Source: Felis catus
Lineage: Eukaryota
DNA length: 64,000 bases
Direction of reading: 5' to 3'
NCBI RefSeq assembly: GCF_018350175.1
Contig: NC_058368.1
Location: 112,594,001-112,658,000 of the forward strand
The notes beneath the pieces were generated by a model, which did no database searches, was not told the origin of the DNA, and saw only the letters and a program-made list of their open reading frames with translations. Both the position numbers and the translations under genes were made by a program. Shown here piece after piece: positions 1-11,602 of this stretch (position 1 is its first letter; every line of letters starts with the position of its first letter).

Positions 1-320
1 TTCTCCACCCAGCTGAGTCTCTCTTGCGGCTGCATCGGCTGGGAGCGTAGCTAGACTGCAAGGCACTCTAGCGAGCCAAGGTTTCTCTCCACGTGGCCTC
101 TCAACACACGGTAGCCCAGCCCTTTCGGGACACAGCTCGGCTTCCGCGAGATGAGCCCCAGTGAGCACGTGCTAATCAAGCCTCTGCTAGCACTATGCTG
201 GCTCGTGTCCCGTTGGCTCACGCTGGTCACATGACCGAGCCAGTGCGGATGTGGGTGGGGCAGAAGCAAGGGCCCGAGGACCAGGAGGCCCGTGTCGTGG
301 GGGCCACTGAGGTTTTAATT
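1..320 (-). mobile_element. Old MaLR LTR fragment (MLT1J/K-like)
   Basis: caagcctctgctagcac...tgtcccgttggctca...ggtcacatgaccgagcc resembles the recalled MLT1 consensus. Boundaries approximate. Confidence 0.55.
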
Positions 321-3171
321 CACGGGGCCCTCATTTTCCTTGCTTTCTTGGAAAGTCACCCAAACACTTCGTAGACCAGGGGAAGCAGCCAGGCCAGGCC
401 CTCGTGCCCCCTTGCTCTCTTTGCGCTGGCACCCCATGCGGCTGGCCCTGCCGTTTCCTGGGCCCGGAGGCCGGTGGTGTGACTTGGGGAGCTTCCCTGG
501 ACCCAGGTTCCTCTGCTCCGTGCTGATGGTGGTTTCTGCCCTTGGGTGTTGGAGGAGACTCCGAGGCCTGGCAGGTAGGTAGTTGCTCTCTTCTTTCCTC
601 TCTGCTGCCTCTTTGACATCGGTTCCAGCCGCCTCCTTCTGGGGGTGGCCTCCAGAGAGCCCCGTGGAGTCCCTGCACAGGGCCCCCTCGGGGCTTCATC
701 TTCATGGAGCCACAGACATGCCCCCCTCCTTGTCTGCTCCAGGATCACCTGAAGGCAGTGCGCCTCCCTGTGGTGGCCTGCAGGGCTCTGCCCTGTCACC
801 CTGTGGGTGACACACACCTGGGCCGTGTGTGTGTGGAGCGACCGTTCCCATGGTTTGCTCTCACACACCTGTGCTCTTGTCTCAGACCGTTGACTCCGTT
901 TCCCAGAAGCAGTCCCTTATGTTTCGCCTTGGGCTGAATCTTTCCCGTCATGTGTCTGCAGGGGGAGGACCCACTGGGAGGTCTTTAACAATCAGGAAAG
1001 TGGTATTTCTCCCCTTTGGGAGAAGAATTGAAATATCTGTCCAGAGTGACTAGAATACTGATCCATACACACTGTCCCCTCGGTGCAGCCTCGGTCCAAT
1101 GGAAATCAGTCACCCTGAGCTGCTCCTTGGGGACACAGAGGTTCAGAAGTCCCAGGACTCAGCAAGCGCGTCTGAGTGTATCTTTGGAGGGGAACCGTCA
1201 TGAGCAGCAGCTCTGGCCCCAGCCCCCATGGCCTTTGCTGGAGCACAGAATCCGCATTCTGTTCACGCTGTTGGTGACAGACAGTGACGATGCTGTGAGC
1301 ATTTGCCTGTAAAGATGTGTCTAAAAACACAGCTCGGCTCTCAGAATGTTCACCTTCCGCAGGGCTCACCAGGCTGTGAGGGCTTCTGATTTAGTTGTGC
1401 AGGTTGGGAAAGCACCGGAGGCTGTGTTTTGCTGGATTGTGTCTCCTGTGATTGATTGGAGCTGAGCACGAAACCCTGGGGCTCTGTTCTGTTCTGTCAC
1501 CGAAATGATCCAAAGAGTTACCTCCTCTCTCTTTCTGAAACTGACCCGGCTCAGGTCTGATCCCCATGGCACCAGCAGACTGAAAACCCTCTGAGTCTGT
1601 GGCCTAGCTGCCGGGATTCATGGCACTCTGCATCACCTGTGCTCATGGAAGGCAGAAGAATGCCCCCACATCCAATATTGAGTTGTCTCTATGTAACTCA
1701 GATAGTCCGCTTCCCCAGCCTGTACCTACAACATAAGGCTGTATATTTCCTATTTGCGGCAGGAACCTCACCAGCCAGCACCTGATCATCCTCAAAGTGT
1801 CTCCTGGTTATTTCTAGAATGTCTGAGTACTGACCCCCACCCCCAACAAGGATGATACATCTAGTGACCAGTTGATTGCCTTGTCCCCGTTTCTGTGTTG
1901 CCCTCCTCAGCCTCCCCCACTACTTGCTGCCCGCACAGCCGTTGAGAGGTGCCTCACCGGGTCCCCATCCCAGAGGTGTCCAGGGTCCCAAATCTGCATT
2001 CTTCAGAGCTGGAGCCTGGGCAGAGCGGGGAGCACCCTATTCCGCCAGTCCTGAGGTACTCGCATCGCTTGGGCCCCTGGCCAGCCCTCACGTCCAGTGT
2101 CTTGTAGATTTGCCCTTGATCAATTTAACCAGCTCGAGGCCATCACCTATGTCAGAACCTCACTGAATCTCAAGAAAAACAGAATGGTCAGTTTCTGGCC
2201 CAGCTCCTCTAACCACAGAAACACCAAACAGCCCCAAGGGGATGGGTGGGGCAAAGAAATCCTGTCATTTCTGTGTCCATCAGACTCTGGGAATGTAAAG
2301 GCTGTCCAGAAACTCCGTGCAGACCAGCTTCTTCAGCAGTGGGGTTTATTTGCCTGCTGAGCTCAGGCGGCTTCTGGAACAGTTCCCCAGCTGTAAGGAG
2401 GAGCTGCCGGAAGAAGGGCGCTAGGGGGACACCTTTCACCTGCTCCCTCCTTCTCCCCTCCACTACCTCCCCTCACTTCCTTCTTGCTGTCTCCTCCCCT
2501 CTCCTTTAATCCTCCTCTCTGGTTTCACTTCCTTCCCAGACACTCCCTGTCTGTGAGGCAAGGAGGGGTCCCCTGCTGCTGGCTCACATTCACATTCCCC
2601 TGTTCAGCAACCCCAGTAGGAAGACATGACTTCTCTTTCTTGGTGTCCGAGTGTATGTGCATCTCAAGGCAGGAACGTGATTGCCCTGCTTGGGGCCATG
2701 GTGGTTTCTGGGTTTCTGGGGTGCTGGGTTGGTTAAGTTGGGGTCAGGTGCCAGCCTCTGCCTGGGGTGGGGGGCGGTGGCGAATTGTGTTTCTACTCGT
2801 GGGGCAGTGTGGATACAAAGCCTATGTGCCCCATGGCCGCCCCTCCCGCCCCCCTCACCCCTGCCTTCCCCCTCCTTGATCTGTGAGTTCACACAGATTT
2901 CGGGTGGGTGTGGCAAAGTGGTAAGTGTTGTCTACTCAGCGAGCGTCCGAATCTACACTCAGACATCTGAAAGTGTCTTGATAAACTTTTATTTGGATCT
3001 AAGTTGCTTTTTCTGCCTTCTGCTTACCAGCACACTGCTGGGGCCACTGGGCCACTGGGCCTGGTGTGTCTGGGGTCAGCACCACAGGACCCACGGGCCT
3101 CTTTGTTCAGTGGGTACAGCTGATGCTGGTCCCTGTCCAGACACAGCAGGTTTTGCTTGACCTAGTTCTTT

Positions 3172-3399
3172 CTTTTTCTTTTTTAATGTTTACTTATTTA
3201 TTTTGAGAGAGAGAGAGAGACAGAGACAGTGATGGCGTGAGCAGGGGAGGGGGAGAGAGAGAGGGAGAGAGAATCCTAAGCAGGCTCTATGCTGTCAGCG
3301 TAGAGCCTAACTTGGGGGCTCCATCCCACAAACCCTGGGACCATGACCTGATCCGAAATCAAGTCGGACGCTTCCTTGACTGAGCCACCCAGGTGCCTC
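3172..3399 (-). mobile_element. Can-SINE (tRNA-derived carnivore SINE)
   Basis: T-rich tail, (GA)n tract and ...tgagccacccaggtgcc head. Degenerate TSD acctagttcttt / acccagttattt. Confidence 0.92.
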
Positions 3400-4767
3400 T
3401 CACCCAGTTATTTGTGACTCACTTGGAGGACAAGGAATCCACACTTTTGAACCATATTGTACTGCGAGTGTACTTTGCCCTTAATCAGGCAGGGGTGGGG
3501 GATGGTGTGGTGGGCAGCCCTTCCTTCTTCCTTCTCCGGCCTCCATGGGCGTGGATGGGGGGTGTCTGGGCTGGGACGAGGATGTGGCCTTCCAGTTGCC
3601 GGCCCCGTGTCTGTGGGCATGGAGTACTTTTCCTCCACCGGCAGGGCCAGGCTGCCTTGACCTTCAGTTCTCAGCACCAGGCCTCCTTCCCTCTCCCACC
3701 CCTGTTGCAGGGAGGCGTTTCTGGGTACGGGAGAGCCCTATGCTCCTCCAACGCCATTTCTTTCCAACTTTGTGATTCTTCCCTCAGTTGTCTCTCCCTT
3801 CCTTGAAGACTCAGGGCTCTGGAAACCCCAGCCCCGGACCCCTGTATTCATTACCTGTGTCTGGATCCTTCCTTCCCGGAAGCAGAGGGACTTCCCAGCT
3901 GCTTGACTGCAGTGGAGAAGCAGAGGGAGAAATCCCCAAGCAAAGAGTGGCTGGGGATTCCTCCAGGAAGAGCCGGCTCGGGCGGCCTCCGCTCCCAAGA
4001 GCTGGATGAGGCTGGGTCAGCCTGGGCCCTTGCTGTGTCTGCAGGCCAGGCCCAAGGGATTTTGTTGCCTGAGCTGATTTACATCCTGTGTCTCTCCTGG
4101 AGTCCCTTCCCTCTAGCACATTCCCCTCCTAGGGATGAGGGGAAGACACAGAAACAGAATGGGGGCGTTGCCTCCTTGCCTCTGAGGATCAGACTCCTAA
4201 TTCCTGTCACTCTCTGGGAGCCTCCGCCTCCACACTTTTCACAAGCCTTAATGAACCCTTTGAGGAGTGATGGGCCCGAGGCTGCTTATTTGTAACTGGA
4301 CACCCAGTGCTCCCAGCAGGTCCCAGCACAGCAGGTCCCAGCAGGGCAACGAGTCTTGGCCTCCTGGGGGCAAGTGGACTTGAAGGTGTCCTTCTGGGCC
4401 TTCCCAGGCCTACGGCCATTTGGAGGGGCTTTCGCACAGCTGCCTGTCCATTAAGGAATGTGCCTTAGCCTGGTTGTGTCAGTCACTGTTTCATCTTCCA
4501 GTCTTCATGGGAGGGAGGGAGGGAGGGAGATACTTTGACGGGCAGAGGAGGCAGGCTGTGCTTTCTCAAGTGTGTGAGCACACATCCTTTAGGAATAGCT
4601 CTGGGGACTAATTGGGGGTTTTGGTCCAGGATGTGTCACTAGGATTTGCCGAGTCGTCTTAGGAGCCATCAGAAGTGACAAGTTACTGGAGAACTCTCTG
4701 CTTCACCACTGGTTCCCCAGAGACCTGGATGGGGCCGCCAGGCCCGAGCCCTCGCCCTGTCCATCCA

Positions 4768-4785
4768 CCCCCCCCCCCCCCCCCC
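4768..4785. repeat. Poly-C/poly-G homopolymer (18 bp)
   Basis: Direct reading of the sequence. Confidence 0.9.
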
Positions 4786-6602
4786 GCCACCTGGTCTGTG
4801 CTGTGATTGTCTGGTCCCAGCCCAGTCTGAAGCAGCTTCGTAGTAAGAGAGGGTACTGGAAGCTGGAGCTCCTTCCACGCTGTGACAAGGAGGGAAATAG
4901 CTGCAGCGTTTTGCTTGTCTGCCCAGAACAATGGCTGGTGTTTGCTGTAAACTCACATTTTCAGAGCCCAGTGGCGCCATCTGAAGGAATTTTTGAAAAC
5001 TGGGCGTAGCAATGATTCATGGAGTGGCAGCTCTCTGGCCCTGTGCCAGCGCACAGTGGGAATAAAACAGACCCAGACCGCCTCATGGAACTTCCTGGCA
5101 AGCAGCGGAGACAGGTGTTACAGGCATACGTGAAAGTTACAGACTTCTATATGGATAGCTGTGCGGCATGCTCCAAGGGGATGGATAGGGTGCTTTGGGA
5201 AGTGTGCAAGTCTGGGGGTCTGTGGACTTTCCACGGAGGGCCTGGGCCCTTTCTCCTCCCGTGTCTGTGAGCCCTTCTCTGACTCCATTCTTCACTCTCC
5301 TGTTTTATTTCTCCCACGGCTGCCTCCCTCATCTGGCTCATTCGACAGGAGCAAGGAGATGGGGGTGGGGGAGGGAGGTTGTCGGTGCCTGGAAAATCAC
5401 TAAGCTCTTGCCTCAGCTCCAAATGATAGGTCTGCCAGCCATCAGTTCCAAGGCCTCTCAACAGTTCTCCATGAGCCTGGGGTCCCTCTCCTGTGCGACA
5501 TCTACCCGGCAGCTTGGAATCCATTCTGGGACGGCCTTCACCCCTAAGATGTGGCATCAAAAACCTAATGGATGGTGCTAGTTTTCCTTTGACGTTTTTT
5601 AATTCCTTAGTGGGACTTGTTTTTCTTTATCTCCTGAAAGGGAGAATTTGAGGCTTAGGCTTGAAGGGAAAAGGGCACCCCAGGATTTTCAAATCCCGGG
5701 CAGGGTTGCCACCTGCCTCTGGTTGAAGGCAGATAGGGAAATTGAATAATGCATCTTTGAAGCGTTTATTAGCATTCTGATGAAGATAAGTGAGGGATCT
5801 GAAAGGAAATCTTCCAGAAGTGCTGGTAATTTGTCCCCTGGATAAATCAACTGCTCTTCTTACAAAGCACATCGGCTTTCGTAGTCGGAGTCCAGGCGTA
5901 AAAAGGAGCCCCTTTGGACGCTTATGTGTTGCACCCCCAGTGGTTGACGAGGGATTCAGTACACATCCGCTGAATGATGTCGGTCATCAGCTGCAGGCTT
6001 TGAGGGGCCATGGATGAGTATTTGGGGCACACTGCAGGTGTGCTGTCCAGAACAACACAACATTACAAAGACAAGCACACAATATGCTGGGCACTTGAGG
6101 GGTTGCAGGGTTTTGGAGATCCATCTATGGCCCCTCGCAAGGACCCCCGGTGAACAGCTCCCGGCCCGTAAACTTACAGTATGCATCAGGCGCCTGTTTC
6201 CTTCTTGTTGGATGATGATGCCAGGAAAGCCCAGGTGTGAAACCACATTTCAGGGCATCTTCTCGAGCCACTCCTCTTGGCTGCCAGGGGCTCAACAAAC
6301 GTGGGCTCCCCTACTCCACGCCCAGAAATTGGGAAAATCTGGCAAACCTGGGTCTGTATTCTTTATGGCAGCAGTGGGCCGGGCTGAGTGTCTGTGGCCC
6401 ACTTTCGGTAGGGCTCAGCTGCCCTGTTTGTCAGGGTCCACCCCACTGCCTCAGTGCTGGGACCAACCTCACTTTTATTTGGTGCTCCTGATCTGCTCTT
6501 TTCCTAGAGCAGCTGTTAAGTAAAACGTGTTTTATCTCTGAAGATGCACTCTATATCTTGAAACAGAAGCCCCCTCATACATATCCATGTATAAGAAACA
6601 CC

Positions 6603-6608
6603 TGTGCG

Positions 6609-6668
<60 letters not shown>
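6603..6668. repeat. Compound (CG)n(CA)n microsatellite
   Basis: tgtgcgcgcgcgcgcacacaca...; 66 bp of uninterrupted purine-pyrimidine alternation. Confidence 0.95.
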
Positions 6669-6669
<1 letters not shown>

Positions 6670-6689
6670 CCCTTCCAGGGTATCTGCAA

Positions 6690-6810
6690 GGTATCTGAAT
6701 TTGTGGCCCTGAGCGTCTTTCTTCTCACAGGGTTGCTGTGAGGGTTCAGTGGATGGATGCGGGAGAGCTTTCAGCACAGTGCCTGGTACACAGCAAGTGC
6801 TCACTCATTA
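6690..6810 (+). mobile_element. MIR fragment
   Basis: ctcacagggttgctgtgagggtt...agcacagtgcctggtacacagcaagtgctca is a MIR core/3' motif. Confidence 0.7.
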
Positions 6811-6904
6811 CATCTGGCTAGTATTACTTGTAAGGCCAGTGGCCTCTCCCTGAATCCAAGGGCATCTTCTCCAACCTGCTCTGAATGGGAGTTGTTTGGG
6901 ACTA

Positions 6905-6923
6905 GGACTCCCTCTGGTGGCCG
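6905..6923 (-). promoter_or_regulatory. Candidate CTCF motif CGGCCACCAGAGGGAGTCC
   Basis: Close match to the CTCF core CCACCAGRGGGCGC. Motif only; no binding data. Confidence 0.4.
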
Positions 6924-7279
6924 CTCTCTGCACTCACACTCAGGTCCCTCCCGAAAGGTGTGGGGGTGCGGGGTCAGGCACCCGTTCTCCTCCCACACAG
7001 GGAAAGAGGGTGAGAGGTGGGTGGGAGGAAATGTTTCACTTCCCTCACCGTTCTCTTTACCTCCTTCCTGACATTGGTCAAGTTGGGGTCAGTAGGTCTG
7101 GGGATAGGAGGAGGGCTAGAAGGTAGGCGTTCTGGCTGCATGATCTTAGGGGATTGGTCCCTTCCCTCTCCACACCTGCCCCGTTCTCCTCCCAGAGAAG
7201 TGCTGGCCCATGGGCTTCCAAGGCCACCTCCAGACAGGCCACAGGATGGCAGGAGGGCGGCACATTGACGGAGGCTCCA

Positions 7280-7970
7280 CAGGCTATTATGAGGTAATTT
7301 TATTTCTTTCCATTTTAGGTAAAAATAGTAAATACAAGATAATAAAGGTAAAAATACATCATTTGGATTTTGTTGTTGTTCTCTAAACAGTGCTACCTAC
7401 AGTACAATTTTTGATTTAGGATTTTTAATTTTTTTTTTTTTTATAAACAAATAGAACTATTTTGCTATTAGGCTATCTGTGTTCTCGTCTGGCACTTAAG
7501 AATAGATCACAGGTCACCTCCCGGTTCTGTTTGGATGTGATTAGGTGGTGGAGAGGGAGTGAGAAGGGGTGCATGGGATGAGGTGGTTTGTCTTCCTGGG
7601 ACACAGACAGAGATGTGGTCCGTGTGCGGTGGGAGGGCATGTGTGTGCATCCAAGAAGGCCTCTTCCTGCGCTGGCCACAGGGACATGCGTCACTGTGAC
7701 TGGACCAAAGGTCTCACGTGTCAGGGAGCGTTTCCTCCCCCTCCTCCTGTGCTGGCCTTTCTTACCCAACAGCCTAGATTCACAACAGTTCTGGGTCAAG
7801 GCAGGCTACTATACTGCACATGTCAGCGACTCTGCTCAGGACAGAGCCAATGGGTCCCCTTAGTGTCCTAGAGGAGCGGGCCCAGGACCCTTCCCCGCCA
7901 GGGCTGGTGGCTAGGAAATCCATCCTGGCCTGGGAATGCTGGTAGAAGTCACAGATGCCGATGCAGGCTG
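7280..7970 (-). other. TRPC7: TRPC7 3' UTR (3' end approximate)
   Basis: Runs from the stop codon to the first minus-strand AATAAA noticed. The distal part (7300-7470) is AU-rich and carries several UGUA motifs. Confidence 0.6.
7299..7304 (-). terminator. Polyadenylation signal AATAAA for TRPC7
   Basis: tttatt on the plus strand, ~670 nt after the stop. Four TGTA (CFIm-type) motifs lie within ~110 nt upstream on the minus strand. Confidence 0.65.
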
Positions 7971-8140
7971 CTAAATGTCTTTGCCCTTGTTTACCCGCAG
8001 GTGGTCTTTGTTTAAATTCTTTCCAAATTTCTCACTGAGCTGTTGGATCAGGTCTGCCAGCTCACCGGTAGCTTGAGATTTCTCTTCCAGAAGCTCGTAG
8101 CGCAGGCTGGAGATATCTTGCTTGATTTCCTTCAGTTCAC
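7971..8140 (-). CDS. TRPC7: TRPC7 last coding exon (~exon 12): coiled coil (G)[55 protein letters not shown]
   Basis: Acceptor ttgcag|GT, phase 1, stop TAG at 7971-7973. The C-terminus ...NKGKDI is the TRPC7 type. Confidence 0.97.
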
Positions 8141-9743
8141 CTGCAAGGACAGATGAGATTTTGGTCAGCACGAGCAGGCTGAAGGGGCGCCTTCCACATC
8201 AGTTTGGGGGCATGCATCTTTCCAGGGTAATTTCAGGTTGCCCACTAAGGGCAGAGGTGAGGGCATGGGGGTTGTGTTTGGATCTAAGTAACACCCAGCT
8301 CCTACCACTGAAGGACATGTCCGTCCATTTAAAACCTTCTTCTTCCCATTCCTGGTCAAGGTCTTTGTTAAGGGTTTCAGGTAGACAGAGGAGTCAAGGT
8401 CAGGTTGTGAATTCCTATTCTGGCACCTATTTCACATCATGATTGTTAGAATGTTGGCCTTGGAGCCATTAAAGGCAGATTTCAAGACTCTGAGCAACAC
8501 CCTCCTTCACTGGGACAGTCATTTCCACGATGTTCCATGTTATGTTCTGTCTTTATCTGCAGAGAGGAGAAATTCCCCAGCGTGAAGGGAATGGCTCAGC
8601 ACAGTGCATGTGGCCATGGAGCCGGACAGGGACAGGGACAGGGGCAGGGTCCCCCGCACCATGCAGGTGGTACCACCCGGCAGAGGCCTCCTCCTCCTTC
8701 CATTGCAAGGGACCACCAGGTGGGAACTTGCACTTATTCCCACAGTGAACCACGTGGGCCGAAACCCCCCTGGGCTTGGGCTGTGGAACTCTTGTAGTTA
8801 GGAGGGCTCAAATGTTCTTTTCTGATATTCCTATCTCTTTTCTCCTCACGTGTTACATACGGAAAAGGCAAAGATCTTAAAGGTACAGTTTGGCCACTTT
8901 TGACAAATGCATACGTCCCCTAGTTCCTTTACGTTGGGTGCTTTACTGGAGCCCCAGCTGCACGGTACAACCCCAGTGGCCTGACGTTTGGCAGCCCCAA
9001 CCTGTATAATCAGTTACATTCCTGTCAATCACAGCTGGCTGCCAGGCTGGCCGTTTTACGTTTCAGACCCACACGTAGGGGGTAGGGGCGGCTGGATGGG
9101 CTCCCGCTCAGCCCCTAGGCAGTGTCAGCCCAGGAATGAGTTCAGCCACTGTTGATCTTCAGGCTGCATGCTGGATGGCCTCAGGATGAAGCAGAGGGTT
9201 ACTTCATGACCAGGCTCTTTGGGTAGCCCCCGTGGCCCAAAGGAGGGTGAGACTTCATGCCTTTGTTCATGGAGGAGGCTGCTTCTAGGGAGCAGATCTG
9301 TCCTGTGTGTCTCATGAAGATTAATTACCTGGTTTAAGGTAGTTTGCTTTTCATTTAAGAGTAACTGCATTAAATGGACTGGAAAATAACCCAAACAGTG
9401 AATATGATGTAGTCTGCAAACTTCAGTGTGCATCCTAATGACCTGGTGCTTTTATCAAAATGCAACCCCCCCCCCTGCCCTGCAAGCACCCCCTCTTTCC
9501 CCTCCCCCCCCTGCCCCTCACCAGAGATGCCCATGCATTAGGCCTGGGTGGGTTCTGGGATCTGCGATGTTAACAAGTGATTCTGAGCTGGGGGATACTT
9601 TGAGCTCTCAGATTCTGAGAGCCTGGAAGTGAGACAGGGTGGTGGCAGGTTCTGAAAGTGGAGGGGAGGCCGCTTGCAGCTCTCTGTATGTGCACTCACA
9701 GAACGAGGAATTCTGGGCCATTTTGGAACTCGTGGGACACGAG

Positions 9744-10232
9744 GTGGGAGGCAGAATTATTACCAACCCCCTCCCCGACAAAAGGTGGCCAGGTCCTAAT
9801 CCCTGGTGTCCGGACTGTGTGTGATAACTTTATATGGCAAAAGGGAGCCGGGGTCACAAGTGTAATTAAGGTTACTCATCACCCAACTTTACATAGGGAG
9901 ATTATTTTGGATTATCCAGTCTGATTGTGAGTCTTTAAAAGTGGAAGGGGAAGACAGAAGAGAGGGTCAAAGAGGCAGGGTGACAGAAGCGGAAGGAACA
10001 TGGCAGCTGGAGGAGGGGCTCAGTGCCCGGGGGGCTGGTTCTGAGATGAGGCGGCTGTATGCAGTCGGGCGTGGCCTCAGCCAACAGCAGCCAGGGAACA
10101 GAGACCTCCGGCCCCACGGCTGCCTGGAAGCTCCTTCTGCCCACACCCGAACCAGCCAGGCCTCGCCAGGGCCTCCAGACAAGCACACAGCCCTGCAGAT
10201 GACACCTTGACTTTAGCCTGGTGAGGCCCCGT
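9744..10232 (+). mobile_element. MaLR LTR (MLT1D/E/F-like), lacking its 3' end
   Basis: gtcctaatccctgg...tatggcaaaagggag...gtaattaagg...agggagattattttggattatcc...gacaccttgactttagcctggtgag are MLT1 hallmark segments. Confidence 0.8.
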
Positions 10233-10271
10233 CCCACTGACAGCCTGTAGGAAACCAATCCATTCGCTTAC

Positions 10272-10347
10272 CTTCATTGACTTCGTCGTTTTCTCTATCC
10301 ACCTGGGCCTTCAGGACGTATCTTTTAATGAGCCGTTTCATGATTTT
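10272..10347 (-). CDS. TRPC7: TRPC7 coding exon (~exon 11): [25 protein letters not shown](G)
   Basis: Not in the ORF track; read manually. Acceptor tttcag|AAA, donor GAAG|gtaag. 76 nt, phase 0 to 1. Contains the TRPC3/6/7 KRLIKRYV motif. Confidence 0.95.
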
Positions 10348-11549
10348 CTGAAATGTGAACACAAGGAAAGGGTCAAACAAGCCTGGCCAAGGACAGAAGC
10401 AGCCTGCCTGGTGTATTTGTGGCTCGTCTTTTCTGCAGAGTGCCCGGTCCGTGGCCGGGAGTCCTCCTGCACCTGGTGTCTCTCTTCTGAGGGTGCCTTG
10501 CCTGTTGGTGGAACCCAGGCTTGACTCTGTTTAACCTCTCCCCATAGCATGATCCTGACCCTGGGGTGTAAGAACAGGACACTTAGTGGTGGCAGGCCAA
10601 GCCAAGGAGAGAGAGAGAGACAGAGACAGAGAGGGAGAATGGGAGGGGGAGGGGGAGGGAGCGCCATCTAAAATGCATAGGTGCTGCTTGAGGGTCCTAA
10701 GCCCAACTCTACCCTCATCTTCTTTGTGACCTTAGCCAGTCATGTCCTCTCCTCAGGGCTTAGAGTCAGGACCAGGTTGGACAAGTCCACTGCACCTTGG
10801 AAAATTCCGACCAGAGGCAGCAACAGACACAGCCGGGCCTCGGGAGGTTTTGCCAAAACACCACTTCCTGAGATGCCACATGCCTGACGCTGGGCCGCCG
10901 GTCACGCTGGGGGAGACGGTTTGCGCCCTCAGCTGTCATGCATTATGCAGATATTGGTTCTTTAAGCAAATGAGGAGGTACGAGGAAACACTCAAGAGAC
11001 ACCCAGAATAGAGCCAAGTGTGAGAAAGACTCCAGGAGGTGAACTTTGGATTTTGCCAGCTAGTCGTTGGAGGCTTCCTGGGAGATCGCAGGATTTAGAA
11101 ATACTCTGGTAGCTGACACTTCTGAATCTTGCACGAGCTGAGCAGCTGGCAGAGATGGAGGGAGTCCCTGTTCCTGGCTCATCTGTGCCTGTGACTAGCT
11201 CACCTGCTCAGACCTGAGGACTCAGGGGAGAGAGGCAGCGTTTTTCCAGATGGAAGGGACCTGAATTCTGTCCCTAGCTGTGCTGTGTGTCATCAGGCAG
11301 GTTGCTAAGTTCTCTCCCTGAGACACCTGCAGGCCAGTGTTGCCTGTCCTCAGCCCTCGGGCTGGTGGTCCACTTGACTCTTCGGTTTGAGTAGTGACCT
11401 TATTTCTTGCCGAACAGTGAATGAGCAAGTTGCCTTCATGCTGTCCTCTGTCAGAGAGCCCTGGGTCTTGCCATGCTAGTGGTCAGGCTGCTAGGCTAGA
11501 TTTCTCCTTGACATTCTCCTAGTCAGTAAGGCAGGTTGCCCAAGTTATT

Positions 11550-11602
11550 AAGAATATCTATGCCTAAAAAAAAAAAAAAAAAAAAAAAGAATATCTATGC
11601 CT
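11550..11602 (+). mobile_element. Poly(A)-only retrotransposition scar with a perfect 16-bp TSD
   Basis: aagaatatctatgcct at 11550-11565 and 11587-11602 flanks the A-run 11566-11588. Confidence 0.8.

Noticed and set aside
6516..6804. ORFs with CVCVCV runs (and ERERER / LSLSLS ORFs near 17869-18198 and in SINEs)
   Set aside because: Translations of microsatellites and SINE CT tracts.
51..7263. Many overlapping 60-170 aa ORFs downstream of TRPC7 (e.g. 356..868, 2681..3160, 6014..6523)
   Set aside because: They show no recognisable domains, overlap in several frames, often start at non-ATG codons, and have the composition expected of GC-rich non-coding DNA. No neighbouring gene such as SMIM32 or SMAD5 was recognised.
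7960..7973. Stop-codon readthrough at TAG-C
   Set aside because: Not the strong TGA-CTAG context, and nothing in the sequence supports a conserved extension.
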